A stretch of DNA of 64,000 bases from a virus. Shown piece after piece: positions 57,701 to 64,000 of the stretch; position 1 is the first letter of the stretch; each line of letters opens with the position of its first letter. Below the pieces are notes generated by a model. That model saw nothing but the letters and a program-made list of their open reading frames with translations, did no database searches and had not been told where the DNA came from. The position numbers and the translations under genes were made by a program. Location: the IMG/VR virus record IMGVR_UViG_3300040816_000831; one strand, written 5' to 3'.

Positions 57701-58164
57701 GCAGCCGGGTCGATAGTAAATGTTGCTGGACCTGCTATATATCCAGTTGTTGTAATATTACCAAAGGTCGGAGTAGCAGACGTTCCTACATCTTGTCCTA
57801 TTGCAATAGCACCTGATGAATATGTAACTCCAGTTCCACCAGATAAATGCGAATCTATTCTTGCATTTGTGAAATATAAATTAGTTGAGCCTTCTGTTAA
57901 ATCATCTGTTGTCGCAGCTGCAATTCGAGCATCTGCTCTTGCATCCGTATAATAAAGATTAGTACTTCCTTCTGATACATCATCAGTATCAATTGAAGTT
58001 AAATTACTTGTTGATACGGTAAACGAGGTATGCAACATTGCAGCAGTAATAGTATTATCTGCAACATGGTCGCTTGTAATATAGTCATTCGGTATTTTAC
58101 CAGTATTTAACTGACCATTACCATCTACTAATTGTGCTAATCTTCTGTTTATTGTATATGCCAT
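54766..58164 (-). CDS. Tail fibre protein
   Basis: Repeated GNVGIGT..P units, EGSTNLY repeats, C-terminal IYTNDL...WTIQEG..DLF..N...GKKYKF domain. Confidence 0.85.
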   Translation of the reverse strand: MAYTINRRLAQLVDGNGQLNTGKIPNDYITSDHVADNTITAAMLHTSFTVSTSNLTSIDTDDVSEGSTNLYYTDARADARIAAATTDDLTEGSTNLYFTNARIDSHLSGGTGVTYSSGAIAIGQDVGTSATPTFGNITTTGYIAGPATFTIDPAAVGNNTGTVVIAGNLQVDGTTTTINSTTMTVDDLNLTLASGAANAAAANGAGITVDGASATIIYDGTNDEWDFNKDINVTGTATMDGLTVDGAIAVNTTSLTGIAINSTNNGSQISFESAVSSVPWYVGVSGDSTEDFVVYQSGTGSGAVRLYTDGDTRLNIANNGDISFYEDTGTTAKFFWDASEERLDLTGSDYQFGIKQGSNQPWYNRAVSDGSYRIHLNGTGDILTATSTGIDVTGTISAGVFTTTTNTGIFSNSIGSFPLVTSTPYDYVAKFESTDAGAAIIIEDSSSTNNGNRVSVNGDTMSFFTGASSALTLDASQNATFAGTINSGSVLNVNHSTTGTYPKASGIGLGATSTTYTVSSNGGTVSFNGGVGLYAENTAASGNPTNLVFWTNHAGTPAEAMRIDSLGNVGIGTDSPNSWASYTDNAATVLQVQDTSQRARIVINGGDGAHLDLIDYSGSTDDKHLNFVVDGGIGKFGSLNDAGNSFITNNILTMDLSNGSIGIGTNNVGNNSKLDIYNASMQIINTGATEGSTADASLHIKGAEPTQDRLTQLSAVGTSKKALNLIASTDSNDAAQWWSWGVDTDDEFKILHGIGFSDSNVGIRINSSGNVGIGTSSPAEKLHISGGNILLNNALEIRTKDTGGTIRTIMRANSSNELEYGWSANAPVKFMGGGSYTERMRIHTNGNVGIGVISPSWNLQVAGRALVADTTARLPFYVSRAGGGAVTNSATIVSGAVAYFNGNIAGSDALRIGAMDNGTGAYYIDVSNYNATAAYNLVLQPYLGNVGIGTDSPTGKLHVSGGRMGVIASNSYASWGHFRIANTSDAEISMAFINGATESDFLNDANPACAYKVVMGINPYGAGNRNFGIGNDTMADYHTIWTEAGHQLPRVNNTFDLGSASSGYRNIYTNDLNLSNMPPEGEDMEGNAYTREGNEVDGTNGSWTIQEGADDLFLINRRNGKKYKFNLTEVTD
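57426..57813 (-). repeat. About 130-codon segment duplicated at about 61343-61730 in the neighbouring fibre gene
   Basis: Near-identical peptide GQDV..S.TPTFGNITTTGYIAGPATFTIDPAAVG...WDFNKDINVTGTATMDGLTVDG with many synonymous differences. Confidence 0.9.
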
Positions 58165-58172
58165 TTAACTAT

Positions 58173-58526
58173 TTATCCCTCTGGTTTTTCTGGCCACACA
58201 ACATCATCTAAGGATGTATATGTTTCAGTTATATCTCTTAATGCTTGACGATATGTTTGCCATGATAACCTAATGTCTTCTGGTATATCTGAATTTTGTG
58301 TCCAATCACAACTACTCAATAACATATTTCTTTCTGCTCTTAGTCGTTTTAATTTTATGCTATTTTCAGCTGATATTCCCCATTCATCTAATTGTTCTCT
58401 TGTAGGCGGTTCTGAATCTTCATTCCATTCTAATATATTACCTCGCAAAGTTATATCTAATTCATGACCTCTGTTATTCATTATTCCTATAAACTGTTCG
58501 TATGTTATATTTTCTATCTTAATCAT
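58173..58526 (-). CDS. Tail fibre assembly chaperone
   Basis: LRAERN.LL..CDWTQ..D...W..YRQALRDI...WP.KP. Confidence 0.88.
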   Translation of the reverse strand: MIKIENITYEQFIGIMNNRGHELDITLRGNILEWNEDSEPPTREQLDEWGISAENSIKLKRLRAERNMLLSSCDWTQNSDIPEDIRLSWQTYRQALRDITETYTSLDDVVWPEKPEG

Positions 58527-61500
58527 TAGAACGTTCCTTGTAATATTTCTGTTGCAACAAATCCATACGGTTGTACAGGATAAGCATCATCACTACCAAA
58601 ACCATTAGCTACACCAATTTGAATAAATGAATTGCCGCCGGCGTGATATAATACTAACCTATATGCTATTGTTTGGCCTTCATCACTAAAGTCTGGGTCA
58701 TCAATGATACAAGAATATTTAGAAGTTGTTCTATATCTATCTTGTTGTGACATATAGGTATTAGGGTCTGTGTTGTCAGAACCAACTCTTGGCGGCGATA
58801 ATTCTATATGAGCTTGTTGTGCTCCTTGACTGAAACCATCAACTCCTAAATCACTACAATCAGTCCAAGTACCACCATTTATACTTCTTTGCATTCTACC
58901 ATATCGATATGGATTTTGATTTTGATTTCCACCATTAGCATCATCTGTCGTATTTACATTACAAAAAATATCTATTTTAAAATGACTATTTTTACTCATA
59001 GGTGTATAAGTAGCACTTGTGCTTAATACTACAGCACCTGTAGAGGTTGTATTCATAGGTGAAGTTTGTATACCATCAATTAAAATTCCTTTAGGGTCAC
59101 GATATACAGCTTTTGTTCCATTACTATAACCAGACAATGATGATAAAGTACTCATTGACCAACCAACTGCATAGTTTTCAAGTACATTTTGAAAACCTTG
59201 TACAAAATCAGTGACTGCTAATTCGCACCTTGCAACACCACTCGTAGTTCCTAAAAAGACTGTAACCTTACCACTAGGATTAGTTAAAAATTGTATTTCT
59301 CCTACCCATTCTTCTGGCATCGTTCCTTGAACAGTTGTATTATAAAAATTATTTTCGCCAGAATAGCAACCTAAAACCATATCAATGGCGCCACCATTAT
59401 TTGAGTTATACCAATATCCTACAACTCTAAATGAAAACATATTAGCATTACCGGATTGGTTATGGCCAGGTATATTTGTATGAATAGCTACACCGGTATC
59501 AGAAGATGAATAAAAACTGCCAGTACATAAATGAGTATAAAAATTAGTTCCAGAATCTGTTGAAGAATGAATAGGCTTCTGCACATCAACTACTCGTGTA
59601 GGTTGTAAACTAATATCCATGCCTGTATTTTGTGCTTCTATTACGAAATGTGATTCTTGATTAAGTTCAACAGATTTACTAGTAGATGTATTTTGTAATC
59701 TAAGTGTTGCAGTGCCAGCTTTTTCTATTTCTAGTCCTTCGCCAGCTGTAAAACTAGCCGCACCACCACTTCCAATTTTAAGGTTTCCATCATAATACAT
59801 TCCGGGATTTCCACCACCTCCACCATACCATCGATATGACCCTTGGTTTGTGTTAAAGAATGCATAGTTAGAAGCATTAGAACTTATTCCTGTATTAAAA
59901 AATCCACCATCTTGACACACATATTGAGTGTATGTTTCAGCTGCAGAATCTTCGTTTTCCAGTCTTATTAATAAAGCTCCGGAATCATGTTTAATGTGTA
60001 ATTTTTCACTAGGATTAGTTTCACCAATACCAACATTACCGTCATACCTAAGTGTTAATTTTTCTTGTCTAATATTACCAGCTTCAGTTACATAGAAATG
60101 TAAATTTCCATCTTCAGAGCTATTAGTATTATCAACTATACTAGCACCTATTCCACCATATTCTATTTTTGTATCTGAACTATTTTTTAAAGAGAAATGA
60201 AGATTCGAACCACCACCAACTGTATTATGAGCCATGTGCAAATCTAAAATACCATATTCTTGAGATGCCCCAGTATAATTAGACTTTGTTATAACAAATG
60301 GAACTGGTGTATTGGACCCTGTATGCTCAAACAACGTTTGTTCAGCGCCATTACCCACATCAACATAAAACGCATTATTAGTTGCACCGTTATTATTAAC
60401 TACAAAAAGCGCCTGTGGGTTGTCTTCATTAATACCAACATAACCATTAGACTTAATTACTATTTTATCACTATATACTGCACTAGCATATCTTGTAATT
60501 CTAAAGGTATCATCACCTTTAACTGTATATAATCCCCATGCATTTGAGGTGTCATATTCTTGTAAATGAATTCCAGTATTAGTATCATAAGGAGCTTTAA
60601 CTGTAAGTGTAGCATTATCTAATGGTGTTGTACCAATAGCAACTTTGCCCGATGAGTCGATGGTCATACGAGCGAGTCTGCCATCAGTGTTTGATGTGGC
60701 AAAAACTATAGGTGAACTAGCAGTATTGGCATTTCCAAAAATTTGCGACTCAATTCTAAACTCATTAGAATTGTCATATATTCTATATACGTTATTCCCT
60801 GATGAGTAATTTTCGGAAACATAAAGACCCGTACCATTTGTTCTTACAGCACCTTCAACATCTAACTTAAAGGCTGCATTAGGACTAGTCGTTCCAATTC
60901 CAACTCTGCCAGTTGACCTAACAACCATTTTATAGCCGCCATCTGCATAAACACCCATAACAGTTGCATCATGCGCTGCTGTGGCATCTGACCTAACTAA
61001 TAATCCTTGTGCGTTTGCATCTGAACCTGTGTTATATATTCTTGAAATCCATGTATCTTTATCTGCTTCTACAGTCAAACCATCAGCAACAACTGTACCT
61101 GTTACGTCTATACCAGATGCAGTAACCCTCATTCTTTCACCACCATCAACATTAAGAACCATCTCATTAGTTCCAGTGTCGTCTAATAGTAAATAATTGT
61201 TAGTGCTTTTTAACACAACACCATTTTCTGCATCAATAGTTAAACCATTACTTACGTAAGTGTCATCTGTGTAGATTTTGTTTACAGGAGTAGAGCTAGT
61301 ATTAAACCGAAGCTCATTACCTTCAGAATTAAAAAGAATATTGCCATCAACAGTCAACCCATCCATCGTGGCTGTACCTGTTACATTTATGTCTTTATTA
61401 AAATCCCACTCATCATTTGTTCCATCGTATGTAATAGTTGCACTTGCACCATCGACTGTTATTCCAGCACCATTTGCTGCTGCTGCATTTGCCGCACCAC

Positions 61501-62137
61501 TCGCAAGAGTAATATTTAAATCATCAACTTCCAATGTGGTTGAATTAATTGTGGTTGTTGTACCATCAACCTGAAGATTACCTGCAATAACAACTGTTCC
61601 TGTATTATCGCCTACTGCGGCAGGGTCAATTGTAAATGTAGCAGGTCCTGCAATATAACCTGTGGTTGTAATATTACCAAATGTTGGTGTTGATGAAGTG
61701 GCAACATCTTGCCCTATTGATATTGCTCCACCCGATACAGTAACACCTGTACTACCAGAGATTGCTCCCTGTGCTCTTGCATTTGTGAAATATAAATTTG
61801 TTGAACCTTCTCCAATATCATCAGTATCAAGTGTGACTGAACCTCCTAATGATACAGAGTTTGAATTAACTGTTAATGAACTATTTGTTAAACTGGCATT
61901 TGGTATGGAACCAATTTGAATGACTCCAGTACCTGAATCATAACTTAAACCACCACCAGTAACAGATACAGAACCTCTGGCTCTTGCATTTGTAAAATAA
62001 GTATTAGTACTACCTTCACTGACATTATCAGTGGTAATACTACTTAAACTAGAATGTGTTACAGCACCCGAAGCAAGATGGTCACTTGTGACTGCTCCAG
62101 TTCCGATAACATCTGATGTGATTTTTGTTAGTGCCAT
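58526..62137 (-). CDS. Tail fibre protein
   Basis: MALTKI N-terminus, GNVGIG repeats, segment shared with 54766-58164; late promoter at 62143-62150. Confidence 0.85.
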   Translation of the reverse strand: MALTKITSDVIGTGAVTSDHLASGAVTHSSLSSITTDNVSEGSTNTYFTNARARGSVSVTGGGLSYDSGTGVIQIGSIPNASLTNSSLTVNSNSVSLGGSVTLDTDDIGEGSTNLYFTNARAQGAISGSTGVTVSGGAISIGQDVATSSTPTFGNITTTGYIAGPATFTIDPAAVGDNTGTVVIAGNLQVDGTTTTINSTTLEVDDLNITLASGAANAAAANGAGITVDGASATITYDGTNDEWDFNKDINVTGTATMDGLTVDGNILFNSEGNELRFNTSSTPVNKIYTDDTYVSNGLTIDAENGVVLKSTNNYLLLDDTGTNEMVLNVDGGERMRVTASGIDVTGTVVADGLTVEADKDTWISRIYNTGSDANAQGLLVRSDATAAHDATVMGVYADGGYKMVVRSTGRVGIGTTSPNAAFKLDVEGAVRTNGTGLYVSENYSSGNNVYRIYDNSNEFRIESQIFGNANTASSPIVFATSNTDGRLARMTIDSSGKVAIGTTPLDNATLTVKAPYDTNTGIHLQEYDTSNAWGLYTVKGDDTFRITRYASAVYSDKIVIKSNGYVGINEDNPQALFVVNNNGATNNAFYVDVGNGAEQTLFEHTGSNTPVPFVITKSNYTGASQEYGILDLHMAHNTVGGGSNLHFSLKNSSDTKIEYGGIGASIVDNTNSSEDGNLHFYVTEAGNIRQEKLTLRYDGNVGIGETNPSEKLHIKHDSGALLIRLENEDSAAETYTQYVCQDGGFFNTGISSNASNYAFFNTNQGSYRWYGGGGGNPGMYYDGNLKIGSGGAASFTAGEGLEIEKAGTATLRLQNTSTSKSVELNQESHFVIEAQNTGMDISLQPTRVVDVQKPIHSSTDSGTNFYTHLCTGSFYSSSDTGVAIHTNIPGHNQSGNANMFSFRVVGYWYNSNNGGAIDMVLGCYSGENNFYNTTVQGTMPEEWVGEIQFLTNPSGKVTVFLGTTSGVARCELAVTDFVQGFQNVLENYAVGWSMSTLSSLSGYSNGTKAVYRDPKGILIDGIQTSPMNTTSTGAVVLSTSATYTPMSKNSHFKIDIFCNVNTTDDANGGNQNQNPYRYGRMQRSINGGTWTDCSDLGVDGFSQGAQQAHIELSPPRVGSDNTDPNTYMSQQDRYRTTSKYSCIIDDPDFSDEGQTIAYRLVLYHAGGNSFIQIGVANGFGSDDAYPVQPYGFVATEILQGTF

Positions 62138-62205
62138 TTATCTATTTATATCCCAGAGTTTTCATTTGCTGTTTTTTTAGCTTCTTTTATTGCCATTGTT
62201 TATCC

Positions 62206-62532
62206 TTATGCTTCCGGTGTTATATTAAACCCGTCGGGGTATGCGTCAATTGTCGCTTCTATTTCTGCTTTCATTTCGTTTAATCTTGTACTTCCTACTC
62301 TTGTTTCTATCCATGATTGTAAAGTTGTTTTATTAATTGAAGTTATCTCAGAAAAAGTATCAGTTGATACGCCTTGCTCTACGTTATAGTCTAACGCACC
62401 CCCTAGAGTGGCAGACTTGCCATCCTTTGTTCCTGTAATAGTCCAACCTATTTCTTGTATAAGGTCTCTTTGTTGACTTTCTATATTGTAAGGAACTATT
62501 TTATTTATTTTTATATTCCATGTGTATTCCAT
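62206..62532 (-). CDS. Fibre-associated small protein
   Basis: YTWNI...IGW...G...F..I....L..WI pattern typical of genes beside aquatic phage fibres; AGGAG RBS. Confidence 0.6.
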   Translation of the reverse strand: MEYTWNIKINKIVPYNIESQQRDLIQEIGWTITGTKDGKSATLGGALDYNVEQGVSTDTFSEITSINKTTLQSWIETRVGSTRLNEMKAEIEATIDAYPDGFNITPEA

Positions 62533-62541
62533 ATTTTTCTC

Positions 62542-64000
62542 CTATGATATAGTGACCGTAAGGTCTTTAAAATCTGTTTCATGGTCACTGCTAGTGTCCC
62601 CTGCTTTTGTAATTCTATAGTAAATTGAGGGGTGAATATAAGCAGGAATATCTATATCAAAGTAGAATCCTTGGTGAGATATAGTTCCATAACTAACTGA
62701 ATGACTACCACTCGATCTTATAATTGTTGCTTCTGATAAAGTTATACTGTTATTAGTATACCCTGAAAGCATTGCACTACAGTATTTTCCTTGATAACCT
62801 GATATATAAACTTCTAATTGAAACCCACCCCAAGCATTTCCTGATGTACCTGTTGGAGCAGGAACAGTTACTCTTACATTTCCACTAAAAGTACCTGAGC
62901 TACCACTCGAGCCAAAAAACGTCCAGTAATTACTAAGATGTCCTGCATCCTTTATTCCGGCTGACGACTGAGCGCACCCATTGATAAGTAGACCACCTTT
63001 TTTAACATGTAAACCAGCAAGATTATTAGGCACAGCACTCTCATTACCAACAGTCATGTATCTATCTGAATCAATAAGTACTGCCTGACTTCCTCCTACA
63101 GATATTCCTAACTTATCAGCAGCTGGCCAATATACACCAGTATTTTCATCATCATATGAAGCAAGACCCGGTAGATTTGCTGCAGTATCGCCTGATGAAT
63201 ATTGATTTGGCCTAATTGAACCACCACTTCCTGTTCTTTTCCATTCTCCTGCAACCGTATCGTTTAGATAAAACTTCATTCTAGTTGCCGTTGTTTGGTC
63301 AGTTTCTATACGATTGTTCATCGTGGTATGAAACCCTAAACCATCTGCACCTACTTTTGCGCCATCTGAAGCAAAAGAGAGTTTTCCATTTCCTGCCGCC
63401 ATTAACCAACCAGTTTGTGAACTAGCCGCATTTATAGTTATACCACCTGCATAAACACCTAAATGATTAACTGTATAAGTCCCTGCAGTATTTGGATAAA
63501 CGTGCCCTACACTTACCGAACCACCAATTCCAACATTGCCTGAATTATCCAATACTAAAACATCAGTAACATTAGAAGCACTACCACTACCACCACCATC
63601 AGCATAGTTAAAATATAGTCCTGAACCTTGAGCAACTGCAAACCAGTCTCTAGCCTGACCAGTATCGCTCCAAACTATTGCTGGTGAACTAGTATCTTGA
63701 ATTACTAAAGCTGCTTGTGAATTAGCGTAACTTGTAGGATTACTCGTATTAATTCCAACGTTGCCTCCATTAAAATAACTAACACCAGCAGTATATATTT
63801 GAGCCTTAACAGTTCCTGCGTCTGATAGTTGTAATATACCATAGTCCTCGGCACCACTACTACCTGTACCTAAAAATGCAATTTCATTAGTTGTATTATT
63901 CTTAACAATGTTAAGGGCGGCGTCTGCTCCGCTTCTATCTATTGTTAACCCTCTTCCTGGATTATCTGTTCCAATACCAACGTTGCCTGAAGAATCTATG
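62542..64000 (-). CDS. Tail fibre protein, 5' end outside the window
   Basis: Frame is open from 63999 to the stop at 62542 (longer than the track call); GNVGI repeats. Confidence 0.8.
   Translation of the reverse strand, partial: IDSSGNVGIGTDNPGRGLTIDRSGADAALNIVKNNTTNEIAFLGTGSSGAEDYGILQLSDAGTVKAQIYTAGVSYFNGGNVGINTSNPTSYANSQAALVIQDTSSPAIVWSDTGQARDWFAVAQGSGLYFNYADGGGSGSASNVTDVLVLDNSGNVGIGGSVSVGHVYPNTAGTYTVNHLGVYAGGITINAASSQTGWLMAAGNGKLSFASDGAKVGADGLGFHTTMNNRIETDQTTATRMKFYLNDTVAGEWKRTGSGGSIRPNQYSSGDTAANLPGLASYDDENTGVYWPAADKLGISVGGSQAVLIDSDRYMTVGNESAVPNNLAGLHVKKGGLLINGCAQSSAGIKDAGHLSNYWTFFGSSGSSGTFSGNVRVTVPAPTGTSGNAWGGFQLEVYISGYQGKYCSAMLSGYTNNSITLSEATIIRSSGSHSVSYGTISHQGFYFDIDIPAYIHPSIYYRITKAGDTSSDHETDFKDLTVTIS

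Noticed and set aside
974-61919. All plus-strand ORFs in the track
   Set aside because: They are antisense shadows of well-supported minus-strand genes, with no recognisable motifs
62146-62196. 16-aa mini-ORF MAIKEAKKTANENSGI with AAGGA RBS
   Set aside because: Too short to support; may be a gene remnant or chance, and it overlaps the late promoter
54766-64000. Diversity-generating retroelement or invertible fibre cassette
   Set aside because: No reverse transcriptase or recombinase in the window; differences between duplicated segments look synonymous rather than adenine-specific
1-64000. CRISPR array, introns/inteins, homing endonucleases, stop-codon reassignment
   Set aside because: No regularly spaced repeats seen; gp43, gp41, gp17, UvsW and gp23 are uninterrupted and of normal length; TAA, TAG and TGA all end genes

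Overview
A 64 kb slice of an AT-rich, T4-like (Tevenvirinae-style) myophage genome, probably aquatic and probably infecting a gammaproteobacterium (inferred from bS21 and Hsp20 sequence style). Essentially all genes are on the minus strand. Reading in transcription order (64000 to 1): modular tail-fibre genes; the neck/packaging/tail/head block (gp13-gp23, with a RimK-like ligase inserted between gp17 and gp18); gp3, UvsY, UvsW, gp55, gp47/46, tRNA-Ala and a VWA + MoxR pair; the replisome (gp45/44/62, RegA, Hsp20, gp43); an accessory block; bS21, UvsX, gp40 and gp41; and a late operon of about 12 proteins with T4-type capsid-targeting N-termini. The best candidate for an undescribed system is at 12958-19682, the position T4 uses for gp42/beta-gt. 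It holds a dCMP hydroxymethylase, dCMP deaminase, myo-inositol-1-phosphate synthase, HAD phosphatase, a 5hm-pyrimidine-DNA-kinase-like protein, an SGNH-like protein and a C5-methyltransferase homolog with eroded SAM-binding motifs. The last three end in gp45 clamp-binding-like peptides. Together these suggest a replication-coupled, inositol-based DNA hypermodification pathway (inference). Separately, GATC is strongly depleted (17 sites by eye) and 15 of the 17 survivors overlap a CG, 12 of them a TCGA, pointing to context-specific protection. Other signals: a ROSE-type RNA thermometer on hsp20, a lone antisense early promoter facing uvsW, and many apparently leaderless transcripts. All family assignments come from motif recognition; no database searches were run.
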